A DNA stretch of 64,000 nucleotides from Pseudomonadaceae bacterium (lineage in GTDB: Bacteria; Pseudomonadota; Gammaproteobacteria; Pseudomonadales; Pseudomonadaceae): positions 1,443,733-1,507,732 of the forward strand of contig OZ260094.1 in assembly GCA_965284505.1 (NCBI GenBank), given 5' to 3'. Below the pieces are notes generated by a model. The model was not told the origin of the DNA, did not search any database, and saw only the letters and a list, made by a program, of their open reading frames with translations. This document shows, piece by piece, positions 20,743 to 32,010 of this stretch (position 1 is its first letter; the number at the start of each line of letters is the position of its first letter). The position numbers and the translations under genes are program-made.

Positions 20743-23118
20743 TCAAGCCGAAGCCTGACCTTCTGCCAGGAAGAACCAGGTTTCCAGTACGGAGTCCGGG
20801 TTCAGCGAAACGCTTTCGATGCCCTGCTCCATCAGCCACTTGGCCAGGTCCGGGTGGTCGGATGGACCCTGACCGCAGATACCGATGTACTTGCCGGCCT
20901 TGTTGCAGGCGGCAATGGCGTTTGCCAGCAACTTCTTGACTGCCGGATTACGCTCATCGAACAGGTGCGCGATGATCCCGGAGTCGCGGTCCAGGCCCAG
21001 GGTCAGCTGGGTCAGGTCGTTGGAGCCGATGGAGAAACCGTCGAAGAACTCGAGGAACTCTTCAGCGAGGATCGCGTTGGACGGCAGTTCGCACATCATG
21101 ATGATGCGCAGGCCGTTTTCACCGCGAGCCAGACCGTTTTCCGCCAGCAGGTCGATCACTTGGCTCGCCTCGCCCAGGGTGCGGACGAACGGCACCATGA
21201 TCTCGACGTTGGTCAGGCCCATCTCGTTACGCACGCGCTTGAGGGCGCGGCATTCGAGTTCGAAGCAGTCACGGAACGATTCGCTGATGTAACGCGAAGC
21301 ACCGCGGAAGCCCAGCATCGGGTTTTCTTCTTCCGGCTCGTAGAGCTTGCCGCCGATCAGGTTGGCGTATTCGTTGGACTTGAAGTCCGACAGGCGCACG
21401 ATGACCTTTTTCGGGTAGAAGGCTGCGGCCAGGGTGCTGATGCCCTCGACCAGTTTCTCGACGTAGAAGCCGACCGGATCGTCGTAACCGGCGATACGCT
21501 TGTCGACGCTTTCCTTGATGTCGGTTGGCAGGCCGTCGTAGTTCAGCAGTGCCTTGGGGTGCACGCCGATCATACGGTTGATGATGAATTCCAGACGGGC
21601 CAGGCCCACGCCGGCGTTCGGCAGTTGGGCGAAGTCGAAGGCGCGGTCCGGGTTGCCGACGTTCATCATGATCTTGAACGGCAGGTCAGGCATGGCGTCG
21701 ACCGAGTTCTTCTTCACGTCGAAGCCCAGTTCGCCTTCGAAAATGAAACCGGTGTCGCCTTCGGCGCAGGAAACGGTCACGCCCTGGCCGTCTTTCAACA
21801 GCTGGGTGGCATTACCGCAGCCCACAACGGCAGGAATCCCCAGTTCGCGAGCGATGATCGCCGCGTGGCAGGTACGACCGCCACGGTTGGTGACGATGGC
21901 GCTGGCGCGCTTCATCACCGGTTCCCAGTCCGGGTCGGTCATGTCGGAAACCAGTACGTCGCCTGGCTGGACCTTGTCCATCTCGGACACGTCCTTGATG
22001 ATCCGCACTTTGCCGGCGCCGATGCGCTGGCCAATGGCACGGCCTTCCACCAGCACGGTGCCGGTTTCCTTCAACAGGTAACGTTCCATGACGTTGGCCT
22101 GGGTGCGGCTCTTCACGGTTTCAGGACGCGCCTGAACGATGTACAGCTTGCCGTCGTCACCGTCCTTGGCCCATTCGATGTCCATCGGGCACTGGTAGTG
22201 CTTCTCGATGATCATCGCCTGCTTGGCCAGCTCGCTGACCTCGGCATCGCTCAGGCAGAAACGCGCGCGCTCGGCCTTGTCGACGTCGACAGTCTTGACC
22301 GAACGACCGGCCTTGGCCTCGTCGCCGTAGATCATCTTGATGGCTTTGCTGCCCAGGTTGCGACGCAGGATCGCCGGACGACCGGCGGCCAGGGTGCCCT
22401 TGTGCACGTAGAACTCATCCGGGTTCACCGCGCCTTGTACGACGGTTTCGCCCAGGCCGTAGGCGCCGGTGATAAACACAACGTCACGGAAGCCGGATTC
22501 GGTATCGAGGGTGAACATCACGCCGGCGGTGCCGGTTTCCGAACGCACCATGCGCTGCACGCCGGCAGACAGGGCGACCAGCTTGTGGTCAAAGCCCTGG
22601 TGGACGCGGTAGGAAATGGCGCGGTCGTTGAACAGGGAAGCGAAGACTTCCTTGGCGGCGCGGATGACGTTCTCGACGCCACGGATATTCAGGAAAGTTT
22701 CCTGCTGGCCGGCGAAGGAAGCATCCGGCAGGTCTTCGGCGGTAGCGGAAGAGCGAACGGCCACAGCGACGTCCGGGTTACCGGCCGACAGCGCGGCGAA
22801 CGCGGTGCGGATCTCGGCGTTGAGTTTTTCAGGAAACTCGGCTTCCATGATCCATTGACGGATCTGTGCGCCAGTCTTGGCCAGGGCATTCACGTCGTCG
22901 ACGTCGAGGGCATCCAGGGCGTCGTGAATCTGCTGGTTCAGGCCGCTCAGTTCGAGGAAATCACGATAAGCCTGTGCGGTCGTGGCAAAGCCACCAGGCA
23001 CCGATACACCGGCACCTGCAAGGTTGCTGATCATCTCGCCCAGGGATGCGTTCTTGCCCCCCACATGCTCAACGTCGTGTTTGCCGAGCTTATCGAGGGA
23101 AACTACGTACTCTACCAA
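20743..23118 (-). CDS. ppsA: Phosphoenolpyruvate synthase
   Basis: [34 protein letters not shown] phospho-His motif, [10 protein letters not shown]. Confidence 0.97.
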   Translation of the reverse strand: MVEYVVSLDKLGKHDVEHVGGKNASLGEMISNLAGAGVSVPGGFATTAQAYRDFLELSGLNQQIHDALDALDVDDVNALAKTGAQIRQWIMEAEFPEKLNAEIRTAFAALSAGNPDVAVAVRSSATAEDLPDASFAGQQETFLNIRGVENVIRAAKEVFASLFNDRAISYRVHQGFDHKLVALSAGVQRMVRSETGTAGVMFTLDTESGFRDVVFITGAYGLGETVVQGAVNPDEFYVHKGTLAAGRPAILRRNLGSKAIKMIYGDEAKAGRSVKTVDVDKAERARFCLSDAEVSELAKQAMIIEKHYQCPMDIEWAKDGDDGKLYIVQARPETVKSRTQANVMERYLLKETGTVLVEGRAIGQRIGAGKVRIIKDVSEMDKVQPGDVLVSDMTDPDWEPVMKRASAIVTNRGGRTCHAAIIARELGIPAVVGCGNATQLLKDGQGVTVSCAEGDTGFIFEGELGFDVKKNSVDAMPDLPFKIMMNVGNPDRAFDFAQLPNAGVGLARLEFIINRMIGVHPKALLNYDGLPTDIKESVDKRIAGYDDPVGFYVEKLVEGISTLAAAFYPKKVIVRLSDFKSNEYANLIGGKLYEPEEENPMLGFRGASRYISESFRDCFELECRALKRVRNEMGLTNVEIMVPFVRTLGEASQVIDLLAENGLARGENGLRIIMMCELPSNAILAEEFLEFFDGFSIGSNDLTQLTLGLDRDSGIIAHLFDERNPAVKKLLANAIAACNKAGKYIGICGQGPSDHPDLAKWLMEQGIESVSLNPDSVLETWFFLAEGQASA

Positions 23119-23294
23119 GGTGATCTCTCCACTAACTGTGTTGGAAAAGCTCAGGGTACTGGCCGCTCAGGGGAGCATTTGCCAGCAATATGGCCTGGAC
23201 CTGGAAAATAAGTGAGAATGCGGGCCAATCCGGGCCGGCAAAATCGCGCCTATCATATCCAAGAATCGTCACTAGCTTAAGGCCCAAGGTGCAA

Positions 23295-24113
23295 ATGAAA
23301 CGATCTGCGTTCTTTATTTCCGACGGCACGGGCATCACTGCCGAAACCCTGGGTCAAAGTCTGCTGGCGCAGTTCGAAAGCATTACCTTCAGCAAATTCA
23401 CGCGCCCGTACATCGACAGCGTGGAAAAAGCCCGCGCCATGGTACAACAAATCAATACAGCGGCCGAAAAGGACGGCTTCCGGCCGATCATCTTCGACAC
23501 CATCGTCAATCAGGACATCCGTGAGATCCTCGCCACGTCCAATGGTTTCATGATCGATATTTTCTCGACCTTCCTGTCGCCACTGGAGCAGGAACTGGCC
23601 GAACATTCGTCCTACTCCGTGGGCAAATCCCACTCCATCGGGCACAACTCCAATTACATGGAGCGCATCGAGGCGGTGAACTTCGCCCTCGATAACGACG
23701 ACGGCGCCCGCACCCACTACTACGACAAGGCCGACCTGATCCTGGTGGGCGTGTCGCGCTGCGGCAAGACCCCGACCTGCCTGTACATGGCCATGCAATT
23801 CGGCATCCGCGCAGCCAACTACCCGCTGACCGAGGACGACATGGAGCGCCTGCAATTGCCGGCCGCCCTGCGCGCTCACCAGCACAAGCTGTTCGGCCTG
23901 ACCATCGACCCGGACCGCCTCACCGCGATCCGCAACGAGCGCAAGCCCAACAGTCGCTATTCGAGCTACGCCCAGTGCGAATTCGAAGTGCGCGAGGTGG
24001 AAAACCTGTTCCGTCGGGAGAACATCGCGAACATCAATTCAACGCATTTTTCCGTGGAAGAGATCGCCGCGAAGATCCTGGTGGAGAAAGGCGTCGAACG
24101 TCGGTTCAAGTAA
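23295..24113 (+). CDS. ppsR: PEP synthase regulatory kinase/phosphotransferase (DUF299)
   Basis: [23 protein letters not shown]; divergent from ppsA. Confidence 0.95.
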   Translation: MKRSAFFISDGTGITAETLGQSLLAQFESITFSKFTRPYIDSVEKARAMVQQINTAAEKDGFRPIIFDTIVNQDIREILATSNGFMIDIFSTFLSPLEQELAEHSSYSVGKSHSIGHNSNYMERIEAVNFALDNDDGARTHYYDKADLILVGVSRCGKTPTCLYMAMQFGIRAANYPLTEDDMERLQLPAALRAHQHKLFGLTIDPDRLTAIRNERKPNSRYSSYAQCEFEVREVENLFRRENIANINSTHFSVEEIAAKILVEKGVERRFK

Positions 24114-24140
24114 CTCCGCCAGCGGCTCAAACGGGGGTGA

Positions 24141-25571
24141 TCACGCCCCCATCGCTGCGGCTTCCACCCCTTGTTCCAACGCACTCACCACCGCCTCGAC
24201 GCCTTCCAGTAACAACCGGTCATCGCCGCTGGTGTTGCAGACACTCAGCCGAATCGCCTGTGGCACCGCGCCATGCCCGACTGCGAACGCTTCGGCCGTG
24301 GCGATCAGGTAGCCACGCTGCTTCAGTTCGGCCTCGATCTGCGACGCACGCCAGGGTTCCGGGACTTCGATCCAGACATGCGGACTTTCTCGCTGAGTTC
24401 GATAGATCAAGCCTTGCAGCAGCGGCATCACCAAGGCTTTACGACGGCTGATTTCGGCAACTTGCTGTGCGAGCAATCGCTGGGCCGCACCGCTTTCAAT
24501 CCACAATCGGGCCAGTTCCATGGCCAGGGGTGTCGCCATCCAGCAGGACGCCCGCACTGCTGCCGACAAACGGCTGACTAACGCCTGCGGCGCATGCAAA
24601 TAGCCCACCCGCAATCCCGCTGATACGGCCTTGCTCAGGCTGGCAATCAGCACCGTGCGCTCAGGGGCAAAATGACTCAGCGGCAGCGGTCGCTCCTGTT
24701 CCAGCACTGCGTGGGCTTCGTCCTCGATGATCAACAGATTGTGCGCTCGGCACACCTCGACCAGTTCCGCGCGCCTTGCGCTAGACATCACCGCCGCCGT
24801 GGGATTCTGGATAGTCGGCGTGCAATACAGCGCCGCGACTCGGTGATGACGGCACACTTCGTCCAGCACTGCCGGAAGCAGTCCCTCAGCGTCCATCGCC
24901 AGACCGATGAGTTTTATCCCGAGACTGCGTGCGATGCTGATCAGCCCCGGGTAGGTCAATTGCTCGGTGACCAGCGTGTCGCCGGCCTTGAGCAACGCCA
25001 TCAAGGTGCAGGACAGGCCGTGCTGGGCGCCATTGACGCAAATCACCTGCTCGGCGTCGGCAACGAAACTTCCATGACTGATCCACTGCGCACCCGCCGC
25101 ACGATGGATCATGAGTCCGGCGTCGTTGGTGTAGCCACCAATGCGCTGCATGGCTTGGGGATCAGCGGCCAGGGCCTGCAATCCGTGACTCAACAATTGA
25201 GTGTCATAGCCGGGAATAGGCTGGTTACGACTCATGTCGAAATACGGCTGTGGCTCGACGCTGACATTGCGAAACCCGCCATCACGCACACGCTCCAAAC
25301 CTTGCTCGCGCACGTAGGTGCCATCCCCCACCCGGGCGACCACTTTGCCCAGGCGCTCCAGCTCGGCATAAGCGCGACTGATGGTGCCCACGGTCACGCC
25401 GAGGCTGTCGGCCAACAAACGGTGGGGCGGCAACTTGCAGCCCGGTGCAATCAGGCCGTCGGCGATGCCCTGCTCCACGCCGTCCGCCAAGCGCTGGTAC
25501 TTGACCCCGGCGCCATTGAGCAAGGCATCCCGCAGAATTGACACCATGGCAATACTTACTTTGACAGCCAT
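24141..25571 (-). CDS. MocR/GntR-family PLP-dependent transcriptional regulator
   Basis: N-terminal wHTH (LPPHRLLADSLGVTVGTISRAY) plus aminotransferase-like domain (SLSKAVSAGLRVG). Start may be 25547. Confidence 0.9.
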   Translation of the reverse strand: MAVKVSIAMVSILRDALLNGAGVKYQRLADGVEQGIADGLIAPGCKLPPHRLLADSLGVTVGTISRAYAELERLGKVVARVGDGTYVREQGLERVRDGGFRNVSVEPQPYFDMSRNQPIPGYDTQLLSHGLQALAADPQAMQRIGGYTNDAGLMIHRAAGAQWISHGSFVADAEQVICVNGAQHGLSCTLMALLKAGDTLVTEQLTYPGLISIARSLGIKLIGLAMDAEGLLPAVLDEVCRHHRVAALYCTPTIQNPTAAVMSSARRAELVEVCRAHNLLIIEDEAHAVLEQERPLPLSHFAPERTVLIASLSKAVSAGLRVGYLHAPQALVSRLSAAVRASCWMATPLAMELARLWIESGAAQRLLAQQVAEISRRKALVMPLLQGLIYRTQRESPHVWIEVPEPWRASQIEAELKQRGYLIATAEAFAVGHGAVPQAIRLSVCNTSGDDRLLLEGVEAVVSALEQGVEAAAMGA

Positions 25572-25625
25572 ATCAACCCCTAATAGCGTGCCGGAAACAG
25601 GTTCAATCAGAGATAGACCTTTTCC

Positions 25626-26567
25626 ATGACCAGATCAATTCTCGCAAGCGACGCTGCGCCGACTGCTAACACACCCTGGCTGACAGGCCTGGTCACCAGC
25701 CTGCTGTTTCTGGTCGTGTGCCTGAGTTGGGGCACCACCTGGCTGGGGATCAAAATCGCGGTCGAAAGCGTACCGCCATTGACGGCCGCCGGGCTGCGGT
25801 TCTTGATTGCTTTCCCGCTGTTTCTTGGCTTCGCCGCCTGGCGCCGCGAACCGCTGATGTTCCCCAAGGGCAGTCGCTGGTTTTTTCTGTTCGTCACCCT
25901 GGCGTACTTCAGCCTGCCGTACTACCTGCTCAATTACGGCGAGATGCACGTTTCCTCGGGGCTCACCGCGCTGCTGTTCAGTTGCATGCCGGTGTTCATC
26001 CTGATCTTCACCGCGCTGTTTTTGCGCGAACGAATCTACGCCTCGCAAGTGCTGGGCATCGCCATCGGTTTTGCCAGCCTGTTCATGATCATTCGCAGCC
26101 AGGGCCTGCACCTGGATCACGCAGAACTGTTCGGCGTGCTGGCGATTCTGACGGCGGCAATCCTGCATGCGCTGTGTTACGTGGTGACCAAGAAACACGG
26201 TAGCGCAATCAGCGTTATCACCTACAACACCCTGCCCATTGGCATTGCCGGGTTGATGCTGTTCGTCGCCGGCCTGGGCCTGGAAACGCCAAATTTCTCG
26301 GCCATCAGCGCACGCTCATGGGCTGCCCTGCTGTACCTGGGACTGGTGGCTTCGGTGGGCGGGTTCATCGTGTACTTCCTGCTGCTCAAGCGCTTGAGCC
26401 CGATCATTCTGTCGTTCGTGTTCATCATCTTTCCAGTGTTCGCGGTGATGATTGGCGCGTGGTACGAGGGGCAGGAAATTTCAGCCGAGCTGATGGGCTA
26501 TTCGGCAGTGCTGCTGGCGGGATTTGCGATCACCAAGCTGCCGGTGGAGAGGTGGTTCAGGCGTTGA
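25626..26567 (+). CDS. EamA/DMT-family exporter
   Basis: WGTTWLGIKIAVESVPPL motif; about 10 TM helices; divergent from the MocR gene. Confidence 0.88.
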   Translation: MTRSILASDAAPTANTPWLTGLVTSLLFLVVCLSWGTTWLGIKIAVESVPPLTAAGLRFLIAFPLFLGFAAWRREPLMFPKGSRWFFLFVTLAYFSLPYYLLNYGEMHVSSGLTALLFSCMPVFILIFTALFLRERIYASQVLGIAIGFASLFMIIRSQGLHLDHAELFGVLAILTAAILHALCYVVTKKHGSAISVITYNTLPIGIAGLMLFVAGLGLETPNFSAISARSWAALLYLGLVASVGGFIVYFLLLKRLSPIILSFVFIIFPVFAVMIGAWYEGQEISAELMGYSAVLLAGFAITKLPVERWFRR

Positions 26568-26590
26568 TCGTGGTCTTGGTGGAAGCAAAG

Positions 26591-26653
26591 CTGCTCGCGA
26601 TGGAGAAGTGTCAGGCAACATCAATTCTGCATGCGCCAACACCATCGCGAGCA
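26591..26653. repeat. Decayed REPIN remnant
   Basis: TGCTCGCGATGG ... CCATCGCGAGCA inverted arms without the GTAG/GTGG ends. Spacer GTGTCAGGCAACATCAATT resembles GTGTCAGCTACATCATT of the REPIN at 30571. Confidence 0.7.
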
Positions 26654-26667
26654 AAGGTGCGAGGTGA

Positions 26668-27858
26668 CTAGAAGCAATCACCCGGCACGCGCACCCAGCC
26701 TTCCATCAGTATCCGCGCGCTGCGGCTCATGATGGCTTTGGTCACGGTCCATTCGCCGTCGACCTGATTGGCCTCGGCGCCGACACGCAGGGTGCCCGAC
26801 GGATGACCGAAACGCACAGCATTGCGATCAACACCTCCGGCAGCCAGGTTTACCAGGGTGCCGTTGATCGCCGCTGCAGTACCAATGGCCACGGCAGCGG
26901 TGCCCATCATTGCGTGGTGCAACTTGCCCATGGACAAGGCCCGCACCAGCAGGTCGACATCACCCGCCGCCACTGGCTTGCCGCTGGACGACACGTAGTC
27001 GGTCGGACGCGCAACGAATGCCACCTTAGGCGTGTGTTGACGTTTGGCCGCTTCGTCGACATTGGCGATCAGGCCCATGCGCAACGCACCGTAGGCACGG
27101 ATGGTCTCGAACATCTGCAGCGCTTTCGCGTCACCATTGATCGCGCCTTGCAGCTCGGTCCCGGTGTAGCCGATATCCTCGGCATTGACGAAAATCGTCG
27201 GGATGCCGGCGTTGATCATGGTCACTTTCAAAGTGCCAACGCCTGGAACCTCGAGGTCGTCGACCAGGTTGCCGGTGGGGAACATCGAACCACCTGCGCC
27301 CTCTTCCTCGGCCGCCGGGCTGATGAATTCCAACTGCACTTCGGCAGCCGGAAAGGTCACGCCATCGAGTTCGAAATCACCGGTTTCCTGCACCGCGCCG
27401 CTGGTCACCGGGACGTGGGCGATGATGGTCTTGCTGATGTTGGCCTGCCAGATGCGCACCACGGCCACGCCGTTGTGCGGCACACGGCTGGCATCGACCA
27501 GGCCGCTGCTGATGGCGAAGGAACCGACAGCCGCCGAAAGGTTGCCGCAGTTGCCGCTCCAGTCGACAAATGGCTTGTCGATCGAGACCTGGCCGAACAG
27601 GTAGTCAACGTCGTGATCGGCCTTGATGCTCTTGGACACGATCACCGTCTTGCTGGTGCTCGATGTCGCCGCGCCCATGCCGTCGATCTGTTTTTCGTAA
27701 GGGTCGGGACTGCCAATGACCCGCAGCAGCAATGCATCGCGGGACGGACCCGGGACCTGCGCCGACTCGGGCAGGTCCTGCAGGCTGAAGAACACGCCTT
27801 TGCTGGTGCCGCCGCGCATGTAGGTGGCGGCAATCTTGATTTGCGGTGCGTGAGCCAT
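26668..27858 (-). CDS. prpF: 2-methylaconitate cis-trans isomerase
   Basis: YMRGGTSKGVFF, GNCGNLSAAV, HHAMMGT. Confidence 0.95.
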   Translation of the reverse strand: MAHAPQIKIAATYMRGGTSKGVFFSLQDLPESAQVPGPSRDALLLRVIGSPDPYEKQIDGMGAATSSTSKTVIVSKSIKADHDVDYLFGQVSIDKPFVDWSGNCGNLSAAVGSFAISSGLVDASRVPHNGVAVVRIWQANISKTIIAHVPVTSGAVQETGDFELDGVTFPAAEVQLEFISPAAEEEGAGGSMFPTGNLVDDLEVPGVGTLKVTMINAGIPTIFVNAEDIGYTGTELQGAINGDAKALQMFETIRAYGALRMGLIANVDEAAKRQHTPKVAFVARPTDYVSSSGKPVAAGDVDLLVRALSMGKLHHAMMGTAAVAIGTAAAINGTLVNLAAGGVDRNAVRFGHPSGTLRVGAEANQVDGEWTVTKAIMSRSARILMEGWVRVPGDCF

Positions 27859-27909
27859 GATGCTCCTTTTGGCCGGCGCGGGACTTGAATCCCGCGCGGC
27901 ACGTCGAGG

Positions 27910-30501
27910 TTAAACGGCGGCTGCCGATTCGAGGAAGTCCTGGGCGAAACGCTGCAGCACGCCACCGGCTTCGTAGATCGAAACTTCTTCGGCGGTGTCG
28001 AGGCGGCAGGTCACCGGCACCGACACCTGCTCACCGTTTTTGCGGGTGATAACCAGGGTCAGGGTTGCGCGCGGAGTACGCTCGCCGACTACGTCGTAGG
28101 TTTCAGTACCGTCGATGCCGAGGGTCTTGCGGTCGGTGCCTGGCTTGAACTCCAGCGGCAGCACGCCCATGCCCACCAGGTTGGTGCGGTGAATGCGCTC
28201 GAAGCCTTCGGCGGCAATCGCTTCGACACCGGCCAGGCGCACGCCCTTGGCTGCCCAGTCGCGGGACGAACCCTGGCCATAGTCGGCACCAGCGATAATG
28301 ATCAGCGGCTGCTTGCGATCCATGTAGGTTTCGATCGCTTCCCACATGCGCATCACTTGGCCTTCCGGCTCGACACGGGCCAGCGAGCCCTGCTTGACCT
28401 TGCCGTTTTCCTGGACCATTTCGTTGAACAGTTTCGGGTTGGCAAAGGTTGCGCGCTGCGCGGTCAGGTGGTCGCCACGGTGGGTCGCGTAAGAGTTGAA
28501 GTCCTCTTCCGGCAGGCCCATTTTCGCCAGGTATTCACCGGCGGCGCTGTCCATCATGATCGCGTTGGATGGCGACAGGTGATCGGTGGTGATGTTGTCC
28601 GGCAGCACCGCCAGCGGGCGCATGCCCTTGAGCGGACGCGCGCCGGCCAGAGCGCCTTCCCAGTACGGCGGACGACGGATGTAGGTGCTCATTTCACGCC
28701 ATTCGTACAACGGCGCGACTTTCGGACCGGTGTCTTCGTGGATCGCGAACATCGGGATGTAGACCTGGCGGAACTGCTCCGGCTTCACGGACGCTTTGAC
28801 CACGGCGTCGATTTCCTCGTCGCTCGGCCAGATGTCTTTCAGGCGGATTTCCTTGCCATCGACCACGCCCAGCACGTCTTTTTCGATGTCGAAACGGATG
28901 GTCCCGGCAATGGCGTAAGCGACCACCAATGGCGGCGAAGCGAGGAACGCCTGCTTGGCATACGGGTGGATCCGCCCGTCGAAGTTACGGTTGCCCGACA
29001 ACACGGCGGTGGCGTACAGGTCGCGGTCGATGATCTCTTGCTGGATCACCGGGTCCAGTGCACCGGACATGCCGTTGCAGGTGGTGCAGGCGAAGGCCAC
29101 GATACCGAAACCGAGCTGGTCCAGTTCTTTGGTCAGGCCGGCTTCGTCCAGGTACAGCGCCACGGTTTTCGAGCCCGGCGCCAGGGACGATTTGACCCAT
29201 GGCTTGCGGGTCAGGCCGAGCTTGTTGGCGTTACGCGCCAGCAGGCCGGCGGCAATCACGTTGCGCGGGTTGCTGGTGTTGGTGCAGCTGGTAATCGCAG
29301 CGATGATCACCGCGCCGTCGGGCATCTGCCCCGGCACTTCTTGCCACTCGCCGGCGATGCCCTTGGCCGCCAGGTCGGCAGTTGCCATGCGTGCATGCGG
29401 GTTGCTCGGGCCAGCCATGTTGCGCACCACCGACGACAGGTCGAAGGTCAGGCCGCGCTCGTATTGCGCACCTTTGAGGCTGTCTGCCCACAGGCCGATC
29501 TTCTTGGCGTAGTTCTCCACCAACTGCACCTGCTCGTCTTCACGGCCGGTGAGTTTCAGGTAGTCTATGGTCTGCTGGTCGATGTAGAACATCGCCGCGG
29601 TGGCGCCGTATTCCGGGGCCATGTTGGAAATGGTTGCGCGGTCGCCCAGGGTCAGGGCCGAGGCGCCTTCGCCGAAGAACTCGAGCCATGCACCGACGAC
29701 TTTCTGCTTGCGCAGGAACTCGGTCAGCGCCAGCACCATGTCGGTGGCGGTGATGCCCGGTTGCAGTTTGCCGGTCAACTCGACGCCGACGCTTTCCGGC
29801 AGGCGCATCCAGGACGCGCGTCCGAGCATCACGCTCTCGGCTTCCAGGCCACCCACGCCAATGGCGATCACACCCAGGGCATCGACGTGCGGGGTGTGGC
29901 TGTCGGTACCAACGCAGGTGTCGGGGAAGGCCACGCCGTCACGCACCTGGATCACCGGAGACATTTTCTCCAGGTTGATCTGGTGCATGATGCCGTTGCC
30001 AGGCGGGATCACGTCGACGTTCTTGAACGCCTTCTTGGTCCAGTTGATGAAGTGGAAACGGTCTTCGTTGCGACGGTCTTCGATGGCGCGGTTCTTCTCG
30101 AACGCCTCGGGGTCGAAACCGCCGCGCTCGACGGCCAGCGAGTGGTCGACGATCAATTGAGTCGGCACCACCGGGTTGACTTGCGCCGGGTCACCGCCTT
30201 GCAGGGCGATGGCGTCACGCAGGCCGGCCAGGTCGACCAATGCGGTCTGGCCGAGAATGTCGTGGCACACCACACGGGCCGGAAACCACGGGAAGTCGAG
30301 GTCGCGCTTGCGCTCGATGAATTGCTTCAGGGATTCGGTGAGCGTGGCCGGGTCGCAGCGACGCACAAGGTTTTCCGCCAGCACGCGGGAGGTGTACGGC
30401 AGGGTGTCGTAGGCGCCAGGCTGAATGGCTTCGACCGCCGCACGGACGTCGAAGTAGTCCAGTTGGCTGCCTGGCAGCGATTTGCGAAATTCTGTGTTCA
30501 T
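27910..30501 (-). CDS. acnD: Fe/S-dependent 2-methylisocitrate dehydratase AcnD
   Basis: Aconitase motifs DHSL, GTDSHT, AITSCTNTS, CTTCNGMSG, YGQGSSRDWAAKG; lies between prpC and prpF. Confidence 0.95.
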   Translation of the reverse strand: MNTEFRKSLPGSQLDYFDVRAAVEAIQPGAYDTLPYTSRVLAENLVRRCDPATLTESLKQFIERKRDLDFPWFPARVVCHDILGQTALVDLAGLRDAIALQGGDPAQVNPVVPTQLIVDHSLAVERGGFDPEAFEKNRAIEDRRNEDRFHFINWTKKAFKNVDVIPPGNGIMHQINLEKMSPVIQVRDGVAFPDTCVGTDSHTPHVDALGVIAIGVGGLEAESVMLGRASWMRLPESVGVELTGKLQPGITATDMVLALTEFLRKQKVVGAWLEFFGEGASALTLGDRATISNMAPEYGATAAMFYIDQQTIDYLKLTGREDEQVQLVENYAKKIGLWADSLKGAQYERGLTFDLSSVVRNMAGPSNPHARMATADLAAKGIAGEWQEVPGQMPDGAVIIAAITSCTNTSNPRNVIAAGLLARNANKLGLTRKPWVKSSLAPGSKTVALYLDEAGLTKELDQLGFGIVAFACTTCNGMSGALDPVIQQEIIDRDLYATAVLSGNRNFDGRIHPYAKQAFLASPPLVVAYAIAGTIRFDIEKDVLGVVDGKEIRLKDIWPSDEEIDAVVKASVKPEQFRQVYIPMFAIHEDTGPKVAPLYEWREMSTYIRRPPYWEGALAGARPLKGMRPLAVLPDNITTDHLSPSNAIMMDSAAGEYLAKMGLPEEDFNSYATHRGDHLTAQRATFANPKLFNEMVQENGKVKQGSLARVEPEGQVMRMWEAIETYMDRKQPLIIIAGADYGQGSSRDWAAKGVRLAGVEAIAAEGFERIHRTNLVGMGVLPLEFKPGTDRKTLGIDGTETYDVVGERTPRATLTLVITRKNGEQVSVPVTCRLDTAEEVSIYEAGGVLQRFAQDFLESAAAV

Positions 30502-30570
30502 CGTCGGGACTCGGTCACGGTAGATACAAAAGGCGGGGCATGCACCGATACTGAAGGCTTAAGCGGTCCA

Positions 30571-30661
30571 CTGTGGGAGCGGGCTTGCCCGCGATTGCGG
30601 TGTGTCAGCTACATCATTGCCAACTGACACTCCCTCTTCGCGGGCAAGCCCGCTCCCACAG
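30571..30661. repeat. REPIN
   Basis: CTGTGGGAGCGGGCTTGCCCGCGA ... TCGCGGGCAAGCCCGCTCCCACAG. Confidence 0.92.
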
Positions 30662-30701
30662 GGATCTGCATTGAATTCAGACCCTGTGTAGCCCCCACCA
30701 T

Positions 30702-31829
30702 TCAGCGTTGTTCGATTGGCACGAACTTGCGCTGTTCGACGCCGGTATACTCGGCGCTCGGGCGGATGATGCGGTTGTTGGCACGCTGTTCGAACACGTG
30801 TGCAGCCCAGCCGGTCAGGCGCGAGCAGACGAAGATCGGCGTGAACAGCTTGGTCGGAATGCCCATGAAGTGGTACGCCGAGGCATGGTAGAAATCGGCG
30901 TTCGGGAACAGCTTCTTCTGCTCCCACATGGTCTTGTCGATGGCTTCGGAAACCGGGAACAACACGGTGTCGCCCACTTCTTCAGCGAGTTTTTTCGACC
31001 AGCCCTTGATCACTTCGTTACGCGGATCGCTGTCTTTGTAGATCGCGTGGCCGAAGCCCATGATCTTGTCCTTGCGCTCCAGCATGCCCAGCGTGCCCTT
31101 GATCGCCTCTTCAGCCGAACCGAAGCGCTCGATCATTTCCATCGCCGCTTCGTTGGCGCCACCGTGCAGCGGGCCGCGCAGCGAGCCGATGGCGGCGGTG
31201 ATGCAGGAGAACAGGTCGGACAGGGTCGAGGCGCAAACGCGAGCGGTGAAAGTCGAGGCGTTGAACTCGTGCTCGGCGTAGAGAATCAGCGAAACGTTCA
31301 TCACCTTGACGTGCAGATCGCTCGGCTTCTTGTCGTGCAACAGGTGCAGGAAGTGCCCGCCAATGGACTCTTCATCGGTCACACAGTCGATGCGCTTGCC
31401 GTCGTGGCTGAAGCGATACCAGTAGGTCATGATCGCCGGGAAGGCAGCCAGCAGGCGGTCAGTCTTGTCGTGCTGCTCGGAGAAATTGTTTTCCGCTTCG
31501 AGGTTGCCGAGGAACGAGCAACCGGTGCGCATCACATCCATCGGATGGGCGTCGGCCGGAATGCGTTCCAGTACTTCCTTCAGCGCTTGCGGCAGGTCGC
31601 GCAGCTTGCTCAGCTTGGCCACGTAAGCCGCCAGTTGCGCCTTGCTCGGCAGTTCGCCGTAGAGCAACAGGTAGGCCACTTCTTCGAAGCGCGCCTCAGC
31701 TGCCAGTTCGCGCACGTCATAGCCGCGATACGTCAGGCCAGCGCCTTCCTGGCCAACGGTGGACAGTGCGGTTTGTCCGGCTACCTGGCCACGGAGCCCG
31801 GCGCCACTTAGTACTTTTGCTTCGGCCAT
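30702..31829 (-). CDS. prpC: 2-methylcitrate synthase
   Basis: GLRGQVAGQT, YAEHEFNASTF, GPLHGGANE, GFGHAIY, FPNADF. Confidence 0.95.
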   Translation of the reverse strand: MAEAKVLSGAGLRGQVAGQTALSTVGQEGAGLTYRGYDVRELAAEARFEEVAYLLLYGELPSKAQLAAYVAKLSKLRDLPQALKEVLERIPADAHPMDVMRTGCSFLGNLEAENNFSEQHDKTDRLLAAFPAIMTYWYRFSHDGKRIDCVTDEESIGGHFLHLLHDKKPSDLHVKVMNVSLILYAEHEFNASTFTARVCASTLSDLFSCITAAIGSLRGPLHGGANEAAMEMIERFGSAEEAIKGTLGMLERKDKIMGFGHAIYKDSDPRNEVIKGWSKKLAEEVGDTVLFPVSEAIDKTMWEQKKLFPNADFYHASAYHFMGIPTKLFTPIFVCSRLTGWAAHVFEQRANNRIIRPSAEYTGVEQRKFVPIEQR

Positions 31830-31901
31830 TGCTGTCTCCAGTCTTCTTGAATTTGTCAGAGAATCTTTGTTTGTCGCCGGCGTATCTGGTCGGCGGATTC
31901 C

Positions 31902-32002
31902 CTGTAGGAGCTGGCTTGCCAGCAATGATCGACGCTACACCGCGGTCATCAGGTTCCGCGCGTTATCGTTAGCGTCCTTCGCTAGCAAGCTAGCTCCTAC
32001 AG
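31902..32002. repeat. REPIN
   Basis: CTGTAGGAGCTGGCTTGCCAGCAA ... TTCGCTAGCAAGCTAGCTCCTACAG. Confidence 0.9.
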
Positions 32003-32010
32003 GGGGTGTT

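Noticed and set aside
20659-23211. 850-aa ORF opposite ppsA
   Set aside because: Shadow ORF from codon bias.
28189-30627. 812-aa ORF opposite acnD
   Set aside because: Shadow ORF.
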